A stretch of DNA of 64,000 nt from Macrostomum lignano. Lineage: Eukaryota. The position numbers were made by a program, and so were the translations under genes. The stretch spans positions 115,960 to 179,959 of the forward strand of contig NIVC01001593.1 of assembly GCA_002269645.1 (NCBI GenBank). The letters are read 5' to 3'. Under the pieces are notes generated by a model, which did no database searches, had not been told where the DNA came from, and worked only from the letters and a program-made list of their open reading frames with translations. The number at the start of each line of letters is the position of its first letter. The first letter of the stretch is position 1. This document shows, piece by piece, positions 1-12,703 of this stretch.

Positions 1-587
1 GCTGCAGATCACCTGGCCAATACTGCCGGCGGTCCTGGCCGGGAGGGCAGCGGGACGAGGAGACCAGGTGGAATGAGTCTGGATCCGGCAGCATCGAGCA
101 GTCAGGGAAGCCGTTGTCGACAATCCACTGCACCTCAGGAGCGAAGCTGGTGAGGCCAGCGAGACACCGCGGAGCAGCAGTCGCGACCGCCGGACTTGAA
201 GAATCTGCGACACAATCGCGCCGGGGATCTCCTTGAGTCGGGCGATGCCGTTCAGATCGCGGGAACAACCCACCGGACCAGAAGGAGCGCCTCGCATTGA
301 CGCAGGAATTCCTCCGCTTTGCTGTCCATCGTCGCCTCTTTCCGACTACTGCGAATAATGAGTGTTCGGGATGAGCCGTGCGCGAAACTGCCGGTTTTAT
401 AGAATTTGAAAAATTCAAAGGTCATGCTCGGGTGACACGAACGCCAGTGACCTCAACTGTTCAGCTCAAGAAAAAAACAGAAAGCAAATCCACACGCACT
501 GGTAGAAGCGATGGAAATTTAAAATCGTTTCCATGCAGACCCGAGTGTAATGACCCGTAATTACTGTGTAAAAACAATTAATCAAAA

Positions 588-1086
588 TGACCAGAAACAC
601 TATCTATGAGCACAATGTACTGACCAGAAACACTATCTATGAGCACAATGTACTGACCAGAAACACTATCTATGAGCACAATTTACTGACCAGAAACACT
701 GTCTATGAGCACAATGTACTGACCAGAAACACTATCTATGAGCACAATTTACTGACCAGAAACACTATCTATGAGCACAATGTACTGACCAGAAACACTA
801 TCTATGAGCACAATGTACTGACCAGAAACACTGTCTATGAGCACAATGTACTGACCAGAAACACTGTCTATGAGCACAATGTACTGACCAGAAACACTGT
901 CTATGAGCACAATGTACTGACCAGAAACACTATCTATGAGCACAATGTACTGACCAGAAACACTGTCTATGAGCAAGCACAATGTACTGACCAGAAACAC
1001 TGTCTATGAGCACAATGTACTGACCAGAAACACTATCTATGAGCACAATGTACTGACCAGAAACACTGTCTATGAGCACAATGTAC
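588..1086. repeat. 33-bp minisatellite (GAGCACAATGTACTGACCAGAAACACTATCTAT), ~15 copies
   Basis: Direct tandem copies; explains the EHNVLTRNTIY-repeat ORFs 587-1009 and 749-1000. Confidence 0.95.
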
Positions 1087-1644
1087 GTCGTTGCCATCTT
1101 ATTACAGAAATCAGTAAGTTTTGTACCATGGAAGAATTGTCAACTCGAAAATGTGAAACTGTGCGCCGCTCCATACGACAGATGATGATTAACTCACATT
1201 GCGCTTGCCATAAATATTCCCAACTTATCTGCCCCAGCAACATCAATTACCAAGCCAGTCCTCAACCAGGCTGAAGCAGCAGTTGAAGCCTCTGGATTCG
1301 AACAGGTTCAACCGGAAGCAATCATGGATAGAGAATGTATGTACAAAGTTTTTTTGGGGAAAAATTCCAGAAAAAATAGACACTCTCTATTTAGTTTAAA
1401 CTGTTGGCAAGTCAGCTCGCTTTTTTGCATGTGAATTTGAGCAGCAACATACAAATTGACTATGCGAAATAATAATGTGCTATGGGAGATTCTCGCAGAT
1501 TCTCGTTTTAGAAACTATATATATTCCTATGATTTTCTCTGATCGATTTCATCTGAATCAATTAGTGGTTTGAGCAAACATTTTTTGAGTTCTTAGCCAA
1601 GTGAACCCATAATCAAATTAAAAACGAATGAAGTTTTCTCATTG

Positions 1645-2557
1645 CTGCAGTTACATAAACCTGCAGTTACATAAGCCTGCAGTTACATAAACCTGCAGTT
1701 ACATAAGCCTGCAGTTACATAAACCTGCAGTTACATAAGCCTGCAGTTACATAAGACTGCAGTTACATAAGCCTGCAGTTACATAAGCCTGCAGTTACAT
1801 AAGCCTGCAGTTACATAAGCCTGCAGTTACATAAGCCTGCAGCTACATAAACCTGCAGTTACATAAGCCTGCAGTTACATAAGCCTGCAGTTACACAAGC
1901 CTGCAGTTACACAAGCCTGCAGTTACATAAACCTGCAGTTACACAAGCCTGCAGTTACACAAGCCTGCAGTTACATAAACCTGCAGTTACATAAACCTGC
2001 AGTTACATAAGCCTGCAGTTACATAAGCCTGCAGTTACATAAGCCTGCAGTTACATAAGCCTGCAGTTACATAAGCCTGCAGTTACACAAGCCTGCAGTT
2101 ACATAAGCCTGCAGTTACATAAGCCTGCAGTTACATAAGCCTGCAGTTACATAAGCCTGCAGTTACACAAGCCTGCAGTTACATAAACCTGCAGTTACAT
2201 AAGCCTGCAGTTACACAAGCCTGCAGTTACATAAACCTGCAGTTACATAAGCCTGCAGTTACATAAACCTGCAGTTACATAAACCTGCAGTTACATAAGC
2301 CTGCAGTTACATAAGCCTGCAGTTACATAAGCCTGCAGTTACATAAACCTGCAGTTACATAAGCCTGCAGTTACACAAGCCTGCAGTTACATAAGCCTGC
2401 AGTTACACAAGCCTGCAGTTACATAAGCCTGCAGTTACATAAGCCTGCAGTTACCGTACATAAACCTGCAGTTACATAAGCCTGCAGTTACACAAGCCTG
2501 CAGTTACATAAGCCTGCAGTTACATAAGCCTGCAGTTACCGTACATAAACCTGCAGT
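1645..2557. repeat. 16-bp minisatellite (CTGCAGTTACATAAGC), ~57 copies
   Basis: Direct tandem copies with AAGC/AAAC and CATA/CACA variants. Confidence 0.95.
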
Positions 2558-2900
2558 AAAATAAAACTGCAGCTACGATAAGCTGTCAATTTAAAACAGT
2601 ACATTGATAAGCAACAAAAGGCTAAAATGATCAATGAGATGTGGGGAACATTTACCTCAATAAAAAAACCACAACTCCGTCCAGGGTAGGTCAAGCGCGC
2701 GCAATGAAAGCCGCAAGTAGTGGAGCGCCTGCGCAACCAGCGATACACTGCCATTATTTAAGCCTGAGTTTTCTTTCTGACACTTGCGCTGTGTGCAACA
2801 GGCGGTCCCTCTCCTCCTCTCAGCCAACCCTCGCTCTCCCCTGCACGCCACCCTCCCTCCTGCCCGCCAGCGCTGCCAGCAGCAGCTCTTTTTGCAATCG

Positions 2901-2942
2901 TACTGACTGACTGACTGACTGGCTGGCTGGCTGGCTGGCTGG
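2901..2942. repeat. compound (CTGA)n(CTGG)n microsatellite
   Basis: Seen directly. Confidence 0.85.
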
Positions 2943-3263
2943 CGTGAACTGTCCGCTATCGGCTGCTCTTCTGTTCGTGCGCTCTGCGCCACCTCTCTCT
3001 AGCTGTGCCACACTGCTAATGCTTACGCTCGTAATAGCAATGGCAAACTCTCAGACAATTGCCCGCTAGCGCGCACTAAGAGGGTTGGGGGCAGATCCTA
3101 AAGAATGGCGACAGGGCTGAGAGCAAGAAATCGGTTGCACAGCTGGTGTGGGTGCTACTTGACTAAATACAACTTTGTCTTCAAAAAGATTGGCCTGTGT
3201 GCCAAACGGCCTACGTAAAATGCTGAACATACATAATTCATAAATTAGAATACATACATAGGC

Positions 3264-3382
<119 letters not shown>

Positions 3383-3693
3383 ATGATATACACAGGGACA
3401 GGGGTGAAACAAGGTGAATTAGACTGTACAGGAATCTTCCCCAGGGACAAGGTGGGGAGACGTTGTGACTGCAAGGGAATTTTTGTATCACGGAAAGCGC
3501 ACTCCTGCCCTTCTACCCTGGACGTTCAGTATTTCAGCTTAATAGAAGGGCCGTATAGAGAATGTACTTTCTCCTAGGATGCGAAGAGTCTGGCTACACT
3601 CGATGGGAAATGCAGTGGGCTGTAAAGGCTTAGAATCGGAAATTGAATTTGGTCTGCGTGGCCGTAGTTGAGAATGAGATTCAGATTGAGTAG

Positions 3694-3695
<2 letters not shown>

Positions 3696-3752
<57 letters not shown>
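3696..3752. repeat. (GA)n microsatellite
   Basis: Seen directly. Confidence 0.97.
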
Positions 3753-3756
<4 letters not shown>

Positions 3757-4484
3757 AGGAAGCAATAGATATGAAGTAGCCAGTCTTGCCACAGGTCTTT
3801 CTAGACATTTCTTTTCGCTTCGCTGAGTTAAGCAGAGGGGAAGAGAGATTGAGCAAGTTTGATCCCCGATTGCACTTTCGTAGAATTACACTGGAGAATC
3901 GTGGGGAAATACTTTAAAAAGTTGAGGATCCACCGGTCGATTCAGCGGTCAGGCAATGGAGAGGGAGGGACACAGATCTTATAGGCACAAGATGGGCCAG
4001 TAGACAGACAAGCCTCGTCCTACTCTCGCGCCACAGTTCACTAGTCCAGTCAGGGCCGCTGTGTACACCCTGTGCGAGCGTGTGTACGAGTGATCAGGGG
4101 TCAGTTCTCAATGGGCCTGACTGCTAGCAAAACTCAGTTTACCTGCGTAGATATTCAAAGGCTACTTTTCCAAGAATTCACTGGCTCATAGATTTAATGA
4201 TGACAAATTGTTGGGTGTAACTGCTGAAACCAGTTTCCATGCACTTGTGTTATAATAACTACATGTAGCTGGTAAGGACTGCGATCTATGAAGAATCAGC
4301 AAAGCTAGAAATAAGAAGTTGTTTCTCAGATTTTTATTGACTTCACAAAATGCGCGAATTCGCAATTCTTGTTTCCCAACTTGGCGGGCATTTTATGGCT
4401 CATTTTATTGCAGTCGCTGCTTAGGAGGCATTCTCTGGAATGGAAACGATTAACTTGCTCTGCAGTCACTATGGTTCCGTCCTT

Positions 4485-5095
4485 TTTGGCGCCTCAATGC
4501 ATCATATTTTCGGCGCCCCACTGCATCATATTTTAGGCGCCTGACTGCATCATAGTTTCGGCGCCTCACTGCATCATCTTTTTAGCGCCTCACTGCATCA
4601 CTCTTCTGGCGCCTCACTGCATCATCTTTCAGGCGCCTCCCTGAATCATATTTCTGGCGCCTCACTGCATCACTCTTCTGGCGCCTCACTGCATCATCTT
4701 TCAGGCGCCTCCCTGAATCATATTTCTGGCGCCTCACTGCATCATCTTTCAGGCGCCTCCCTGAATCATATTTCTGGCGCCTCACTGCATCATATTTCTG
4801 GCGCCTCTCTGCATCATATTTCTGGCGCCTCACTGCATCATCTTTCAGGCGCCTCCCTGAATCATATTTCTGGCGCCTCACTGCATCATATTTCTGGCGC
4901 CTCTCTGCATCATATTTCTGGCGCCTCACTGCATCACTCTTCTGACGCCTCACTGCATCACTCTTCTGGCGCCTCACTGCATCACTCTTCTGGCGCCTCA
5001 CTGCATCATATTTCTGGCGCCTCCATGAATCATATTTATGGCGCCTCATTGTATCATATTTTCGGTGCCTCACTGAATTATCTTTTCGGCGCGTC
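4485..5095. repeat. 24-bp minisatellite (CTCACTGCATCATATTTCTGGCGC and variants)
   Basis: Tandem copies; the RRQKYDAV-repeat ORF 4582-5103 is its translation. Confidence 0.9.
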
Positions 5096-5853
5096 AAAAA
5101 CATCTTGCATGACTCTAAATCTTTTGTTCTTTAGGTAACGAAAAACATCATAGCCCATGGGCTTGTCAGAGAGAAAAAACATTTCACTAATTTCATCACG
5201 TAAAACGAAAAAATCTAACTATAGGCGGGCTCTCGTGAGGTCATCAAACAGAGGGAGAGTGAGACAAGACAAAAGGGAGACAGAGATACTCAGCCAGCCA
5301 TCTTCAATACAGCAGGCAGCCGGGTGAAATTAATTATTATCAAATCGGCCCTTGGAAATTTTAATTAGCCACCTCAGTAGCCCGACCAGCAGGCGAGCGT
5401 ACGTCAGTCAATTAAGGCATTCCGAAAACAAGACCAAGATAAAAGAGTCAATTCTTATCTAATTAATTATAGCATTACAATTTAGTTGATAAAGAAGCCA
5501 ATTGAGCTTCAATTATTTCAATTATTTGTATTGAAATATTGAAATAATTATAGCTTCAATTATTTGTTTCATAAGTACTTTTACAAATTATTTAAATAGT
5601 TACACAACAATACCAGAGTTTGTACACCAGCTAGCAAACACGGGTGACAAGATTCCAAAGTTGAAAGCATCAACAATAAAAAAAATAATTTTGGTTACCC
5701 CACAATAAATTGGTTTAATTAGCCAGCACTACTGACAGTAGGTTAATAATAGTAATAATGATAATAAGTCGCTTCAAAATGCTGCCACACTGACTTATCT
5801 TGATTTTCCTTAATATTATAATACGCACTATTATATTATTAATTTACAACTTC

Positions 5854-6060
5854 TGTAGTCTATGGTAGGGCCCAAGCAGAGAAAAACACGTTTTTGTAGT
5901 CTATGGCCAAAGCCCAAGTGGGGAATAAATACGTGTTCTGTAGTCTATGGCCAAAGCCCAAGTGGGGAATAAATACGTGTTCTGTAGTCTATGGCCAAGG
6001 CCCAAGTGGGGAATAAATACGTGTTCTGTAGTCTATGACCATGCCTAAGTGGGAAATAAA
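5854..6060. repeat. 44-bp tandem repeat (TGTAGTCTATGGCCAAAGCCCAAGTGGGGAATAAATACGTGTTC), 4-5 copies
   Basis: Direct tandem copies with diverged first and last units. Confidence 0.85.
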
Positions 6061-6721
6061 TAGTAGTTACCACAGACGCAAGCACAGCAGAGATATATAA
6101 TAAAATAATTGATTTATGAAAGCACTCCACGAGACAAAATAGTTTTATTACTATTAAAATAAATAAATCAACTGATACGCAATGTTGCATAGAAGCTACT
6201 TAAATTAGTAGTTAAAGCAGTTAATAAAAGTTTATATCTTCACTATTGAAAAACAGGTGAAACAAGATAAGACAAAAAATATAGAATAAAAATATTCAAT
6301 GCAAAACAAAGACTCTGGAGTTCTATTTACAATTTAGTTTTAAACTTTGCGAACCTGCACTGCTTCGCTTTAATTAAAGTACAGGTGATCCAAAAACTAA
6401 TTAATGCTTTGGAAAGCAGTAAAGATAATTTGAAATTATTGTAGATTGAAATCCTAGCTATAATAAATATAATTAATTAGCATACATACATTAATAAACA
6501 AGCTGGATTTGAAAGAATCGCATAGCGAGCAAATAGTCAAAGACCGACAGAGGTTGCTACTCTCTATACAAAATTAAACATGCAGGTGTTAAAACGTAGA
6601 AAATGTATTTACAATTAAAATGTAAAATAAAATACAGTCAGAGCATCCGATAAAAATGACATAAAACAGCATACACTATTTACAGGATTAACACGAAAGC
6701 ATCAGCGAAGTTAAGTGTGTA

Positions 6722-6960
6722 GGCGGAGGTGGGGTGGGCAGGTGGGGTGGGCAGGCGGAGGTGGGGTGAGCAGCCGGTGGGGTGGGGAGGCGGAGGTGGG
6801 GTGAGCAGCCGGTGGAGTGGGCAGGCGGAGGTGGGGTGGGCAGGCGGTGGGGTGGGCAGCCGGTGGGGTGGGGAGGCGGAGGTGGGTGAGCAGCCGGTGG
6901 GGTGGGGAGGCGGAGGTGGGGTGAGCAGCCGGTGGTGGGCAGGCGGAGGTGGGTTGGGCA
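6722..6960. repeat. G-rich degenerate repeat (GGTGGGGTGGGCAGGCGGA) just downstream of the Suv4-20 stop
   Basis: Many G3-G4 tracts on the + strand. Confidence 0.85.
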
Positions 6961-6962
6961 GC

Positions 6963-9114
6963 TCAGGCCGGGCTGCGATTGGCCGGGGAGCTGCAGTCAA
7001 TTGACGAGGCCGGAGTGGACGAGCTGCGGCCGTCGCTGGCGTCCGCGGCAGAGGCGGGGCCAGCAGCGGTTGCGGTGGACGCGGCAGAGGCGGGCGCAGA
7101 GGCCGGGGAGGACTCGGACTCCTCGGAGGCGGACTCGGAGGCCAGAGCAGAAGTTGCAGAGGCCAGACTTACCAGCTCGTATCGCAGCGGATCGCCCAGC
7201 TGCCTGATTCGAATTAGCAGACGTGGCAGCTTCAAAGGCGGCTGCTGCTGCTGTTGCTGAGCCTGCCGGCTTGTCTCCGCCTTGTCTGTTGACGGCGCAG
7301 CTGCCACAGGCTCCGCCGCCTCATCTTCTTCGCGTTGCCGTTTAGACGCGGCAGCGGCCAGGCGTCGCAGCCGTTTGTCGGTGTCCCGGAACCGATAGCC
7401 ATTGCTGTCGTCGCCAGAGCCGCCCGGCTGCTGCTGGGCGAAGGCGCCAGCAAGCCGTCGCTCGCAGGTCTCGCATTCGCACTCGCAGTTGGACTTGCCG
7501 AAAAAGTGGGCGCCGTAGAATAATAAAATTTCGTCGCCCTTGCGTATCGGCCGGATCACCTGGGGAAAATGAATAAATAAGTAGCCAGCTTGCACTACTT
7601 ACACGACACGAGTAGTAACATGCAAATTTTGATTTTCAACAAATAATTCAGTTTCCAGCTCACCTGATAGTAAGCGGAGTGTGGACCGGTTGGGACGAAT
7701 CTCACATTGGGCCGACAGTCGTGATTAATATAGGCGGCCGGGCCCAGCCACAGCTGCGAGCAGTGCTTCCTGGTTGAGTACATCACTGAGAAATCGTTGT
7801 GGCCCGGTCTGAGATAGCTGCGCTCCTCGTCTGGCGTCATCTCCGCGATGCAGCCTGCACGGGGGGGGGGGCGCGGCTTTTGACTAATGACTGCGAGTTG
7901 AATCCTGATAGCCCTGACTGCTGACTAACGGAACCTGACAGCCTCCTGACTGCTGACTGACAGCCTCCTGACTGCTGACTGACAGCTGACTGCTGAATGA
8001 CAGCCTCCTGACTGCTGACTGACAGCCCCCTGACAGCTGAATGACAACCCCCTGACTGCTGACTGACAACCCCCTGACTTCTGACTTGACAGCCCCCTGA
8101 CTGCTGACTGACAGCCTCCTGACTGCTGACTGACAGCCCCCTGATTGCTGAATGACAGCCCCCTGACTGCCGACTGACAGCCCCCTGATTGCTGAATGAC
8201 AGCCTCCTGACTTCTGACTTGACAGCCTCCTGACTTCTGACTTGACAGCCTCCTGACTTCTGACTTGACAGCCCCCTGACTGCTGACTGACAGCCTCCTG
8301 ACTGCTGACTGACAGCCCCCTGATTGCTGAATGACAGCCCCCTGACTGCCGACTGACAGCCCCCTGACAGCTGATTGACAACCCCCTGACTGCTGACTGA
8401 CAGCCCCCTGACAGCTGAATGACAACCCCCTGACTGCTAACAGCCACCTAACTACTGACAATTAACACAGATGCTACACAGCCAATACAAACAGCAACCT
8501 ACCAATAAGCATGTCAATTTTCTCGTTGGCCTCCCAGTCTCTAGTCGACACAATCCTGGCTCCAGTCCGGTTCTCGTGCGCGTACCGGCGGCACAGTTCG
8601 ATTCGCACGCCGGAGCGCCTGTCGAACAGGTGCAGGTAGCGGTACAGGTGCAGCCGCAAGCTGGGATCGTTGCGACGCGCCTCGGTTAGGAATGGCCGCC
8701 CGGATTCGCTGGAATCCGGCGGTCGGGCGACTAGACGGGCATAGGCGACTGCGTAGTCCTGCGGGTTTGTAGGGAGAGTGGCGAGTGCCTGGTACTCTGA
8801 TCTATAGGGTAGGGTAGTACAGCTGCCCTTTGTACACTGATGTAGGGTAGTATAGTTACCTTTTGTACACTGAGTTGAGCAATCAGCATGAGCTTTACCT
8901 GATCAACCACGAAGTCTTCAACAGCAGCCCGCCATCGCCGAATATGCGAGGCCGATGGCTGACGAAATCTTTCGGCCATTTTGTGGCTGACAATGCCCAA
9001 CAGGGAGTCGACAACCATGCAATTGGCTAAATCGTCTATGGCGCCAAGCTCGCGAGCTGACAGGCCGCCAGTGTAGTGACAGGGGGAGATGAGGTCTGCT
9101 GGGCCAAGAGGCAT
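6963..9114 (-). CDS. Suv4-20: Histone H4K20 methyltransferase Suv4-20/KMT5B-C family, 4 coding exons (9114-8899, 8758-8503, 7854-7664, 7559-6963), ~419 aa
   Basis: Spliced translation gives [30 protein letters not shown] ... [26 protein letters not shown] ... [31 protein letters not shown] ... [28 protein letters not shown], matching the Suv4-20 SET and post-SET motifs. All introns are GT-AG with consistent phases (0,1,0). The start is uncertain: the frame stays open up to an acceptor at 9186, so an upstream exon is possible. Confidence 0.93.
7905..8455. repeat. Degenerate CTGACTGCTGACTGACAGCCCC minisatellite in the 7855-8502 intron of Suv4-20
   Basis: Tandem degenerate units between the 7854 and 8503 exon boundaries; explains ORFs 7884-8447 and 7925-8461. 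Confidence 0.85.
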
Positions 9115-9767
9115 CTGCAGGCTCTGCTGAGATGGAGACGGGGGCTGCACGGAGGCAGCTGGCCCGCTGCACTTGGCCTTACTGGCCTGAAATATTGCAA
9201 TTGGCTTTGACTAGATTTGGGCAAGTATTGTTGCTAACCGGCACTGATATGCATGCTTCGCGCAGATTTGCTTCTACACTACTTTTAGTAGTTTTAGTTT
9301 TAGGGAATTTTCAGTAGAGACATTGTGGGATTCTCTGGTAGGTAGGAAGTAAAGAGCAGTTGGGTTCTCATGAAAGCATCTATGTGTTGTCTGGTACAAA
9401 TTAAAAAATTAAGATTCAACTTGAAGAACTTTAGGAGAAAGCTAGGTTGCATAAAGAAGAGTCACACTTCAATGAAATGGTAATCATTTAAATTTTAACT
9501 ACTTTAGCATTTGTTTGAACAATATAAAAAATATCTTAGATAAAAAGTATGAATACCAAATCAAACTAGCGCAGTAATAATCCATTTAGGAGCCAACTAA
9601 ACTCAACTAGCATCTTAGGCTAGTGAAAAATGTGCATAGACAAAGTTTTAGGGCTATGTGATTTTCTTAATTGCCTTTTAAAAGTGTCATTTGTGTTAAT
9701 CCGAATTTTCAAGTACAAAGGACAATCTAGCAAGTATAATAATATTCCATGACAGTTTGCTACTGGG

Positions 9768-10299
9768 GTAACCTGCTATTGGGAGATGCTTGCTCTTGGG
9801 GGTGGAGGGTACTTGCTATCTGAGAGGGGGTTGCTAGATATCTATAAGGTCTCTTTGTATCCAGGTTATGCTTGCTATCTGGGGTTGCTTGCGGTCTGGG
9901 GGATGCTTGCTATCTGGGGGATGCTTGCTATCTGGGGTTGCTTGTTATCTGAGGGATGCTTGCTATCTGGGGGATGCTTGCTATCTGGGGGATGCTTGCT
10001 ATCTGGGGGATGCTTGCTATCTGGGGTTGCTTGTTATCTGGGGTTGCTTGCTATCTGGGGTTGCTTGCTATCGGGGGATGCCTGCTATCTGGGGGATGCT
10101 TGCAGTCTGGGGGATGCTTGCTATTTGGGGATCGATGCTTGAATGCTTTCTGGGGATGCTTGCTGTCTTGGGATGTTTTGTTTTTAGGGGGAATGTCTGT
10201 TGTTTTTTTTATGAAGGCTTTATTTCGTTGTCTATTTGTTATTTGTAAAGAACAAGGATTCTATACAGATGTCCCCCATCGGGGGGCGAAGATTGCTAG
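9768..10299 (+). mobile_element. Non-autonomous Helitron, 5'-truncated copy C
   Basis: Near-identical to the 3' part of the copy at 43153-46734. Has 18-bp GGGGATGCTTGCTATCTG units and ends in the hairpin GTCCCCC-ATC-GGGGGGC followed by CTAG|T at 10296-10300. Confidence 0.8.
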
Positions 10300-10364
10300 T
10301 TTATAGCTATAACTATCTCAAAGATACGAGTATAGACTATTGTAAATTATCTATATATACAGCT

Positions 10365-11010
10365 GCCCCCAGAAGGTCCACTGCTTCACTGATGATCCTC
10401 CAAAGACAGTACATCTGGCTTTGGTGTCTTCATCCTTATTAATGGCCGCGTACTCACACCCAACACACTAGTAGACTTTCTGATGTCTTCTAAAACAAAG
10501 TCCTTGCCATCAGCTCCTATGCTGCTGAGCTCTACTGCAAGGACTTCAAAGCCAGAAGAATCTTCTTCCACTCTGACAGCCAGGATGCCTTGCAGGCCCT
10601 GTGTCACACCACAACAAACTCACAAATAGTCCATGACTGGTATTGGGCAGCTCAATAAGCTGGCTTGGAGGAACACTATCTAGCTCACTTGGATCTTAGG
10701 ACATGCTAGTTTCAAAAGTAATGAGCTTGCTGACTCCCTCACTAAGACAGGTAGTTCACACTTGCTCATTAGCCCTTAGCCACATTTCCTCCAAGGCATC
10801 TGCTGGAGTGAACTCTACACCTTCTATAACCTCGAGAATGAAGATAATAAGCACTTTGTCTGCTACTGTCAGTAGCTTTCAACTGAGACTAGCTCCACTT
10901 CCTTGGACCCAACCTATCCCTAGACAATGCTTGCCAGCCCAAGGCATAGGTGGCACTTGCCCCTTGCTGTATCTTTGGACCACCCTCCCTGCAACTAAGT
11001 CAAGTAAGTC
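10365..11010 (+). pseudogene. Degenerate RNase H domain of a non-LTR retrotransposon
   Basis: With frameshifts and stops it reads VHCFTD-(G)SKDSTSGFGVFI ... VF*NKVLAI ... IFFHSDSQDALQAL ... WILGHASFKSNELADSLTKTG, i.e. the FTDGS / FQAEL.AI / SDS..AL / W..GH..GNE.AD motifs of non-LTR RNase HI. Confidence 0.8.
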
Positions 11011-11949
11011 AAGCATAAAGTAAAAGAAATAGTTTTATTTGAAACTTGAAAGCTAATTAATTATTAAAATATAAACAATAAAATTGTTTCAAAACACTAG
11101 CAGGTGCAGAGAAAGTTATTAAAGATTAGGAAAGAAAAGAAGCAAATTAAAGCAATACTCATTAGCAAACGATAAAGTTCATAATTTTAATTCATTAAAA
11201 TTCATAAGTAAAAACTTGTTACATTGGTATGATCATCATCATAAAAAGAGATTAATTTGGCATTTGGGTAAATTAAAATAAATTAATGATGTTTTAACCT
11301 CTTTTCCAACTTTTTTGTTCTTTCTTTGCAACTTTGGTCTCATTGGCACAGTCATTAACATTAATAAATTTGTGTTTACTTACAAAATTATAAATGAATT
11401 TTTAATAATCTGTTAGTAAAAAACAATCTTAACAGGCCCGTCAGTCAATTATTGTTAATAAAGAATCTTAATGTTTGTTAACACTTATTAATGGATTGGT
11501 GCTTAACACTAATTATATATAGTAATAGTAAATATTTTATATAAAAAGTTTTTGTTCTACTAATTGAATCAACTGTAGTTTACCAAAAGAAAATTTTTAC
11601 TAATTACTTTTAAGCTTCTTTTAGGAAGATTACTATGAGGGGCATTCCAGAAGTTGTGTCACTTTTGCTTGCTTCAACAAGTATTAATGTGTGATACAAA
11701 AAAATCATTTGCCTTAAAAGTTAGTGGCTTATTTTAGCTTTCATGCCACAAAAGTCTGAATTTTATAAGTGCTTCCTGCTGTAAACAGCATGCATTTGTT
11801 TGCAGACCCTTGGCCATAGAAATACACACAGCATAGTGCTTCTATGCTCACTCAGAAGAAAGCCACAAGTAGAGCTGATCAAGCACAGAGTTGCAAAACA
11901 GCAGCAAGATTTATTCCAGTCATGGACCCTAACATTCATTCTACAGAAG

Positions 11950-12405
11950 GGCAGAGACACACAATTTTTACACTTTAAAGCCTTGGTCAGAAATGCCCTG
12001 AAATTCACAAAAACCTGATCAACTTTCATGGACCCAACTTATACATGCGCAACCTCCGAAATTTGGTCAGTCATGCGACTTAGTTTTAACAAAATTGCGA
12101 CATAGTTTTTGGCCAAAAATGCAACTTACATGAAAAAAACCTAAAGCATAATTAATGCAATTTGGGTAAACGGCAGGAGTAACTATAACTGTCTTATTAA
12201 GCCAAAATGCCTCGTCAGCTACTTAGTACTACTACTTAGTTATTTTTTGGGTGGGCATTTTTGCAACCTCTTTGGTTGGCCGCCAAATTGGTTGGCCGAC
12301 TGTTGCGCATGTATGACCCAACTCCTGATGCCATCAGTTGATGAATGGTTTACAGGTGGATTAAACAGTTTGAGGCTGGCTGGCAGTGTGTTGCCAACTT
12401 ACCCA
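11950..12405 (+). pseudogene. Mariner-family transposase N-terminal HTH relic, split by a MITE
   Basis: LGQKCPEIHKNLINFHGP before the MITE and DAIS**MVYRWIKQFEAGWQCVANLP after it resemble the mariner N-terminus (..EI...L...G...S.RTVY.W...F..G). TGA TGA ATG reverts to CGA CGA ACG (RRT) by undoing CpG deamination. Confidence 0.6.
12040..12315. mobile_element. MITE with 14-bp TIRs (TATACATGCGCAAC / GTTGCGCATGTATG) and 8-bp TSD ACCCAACT (hAT-like)
   Basis: TSD copies at 12032-12039 and 12316-12323 are identical (9 bp if the shared G is counted). TIRs match at 13/14. Confidence 0.8.
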
Positions 12406-12703
12406 AAATTTAGGGTCTAAATTGTATCTAGGCCTAGTAAACTATTTAGTATAAAAGTGTTTTATTTATACTAAAATAGACATCAAAATATATATCAATT
12501 GCCTATTAAAATTACTTTTAAGTTATATCTAGGATCTACTTTATATAATAAGCCTATTGACTTGTTTTTATTAATCTATAATACTATATAGGCCTATGTC
12601 AAATGGATGATAAAAGTTAAAATAAAGGGGTAATTTAATTTTTTAGAATTTGGCCTTGTGCAGGCTTAAGTGTAATAATATAATAGACTACAGATTCTAT
12701 AGT

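Noticed and set aside
9786-10306. Cys/Trp/Gly-rich ORFs (GGCLLS, WGMLAI), also at 46350-46649 and 51075-52402
   Set aside because: These are frame permutations of the 17/18-bp Helitron minisatellite.
10386-10607. 73-aa minus-strand ORF as an upstream Suv4-20 exon
   Set aside because: It is the antisense of the RNase H relic on the plus strand.
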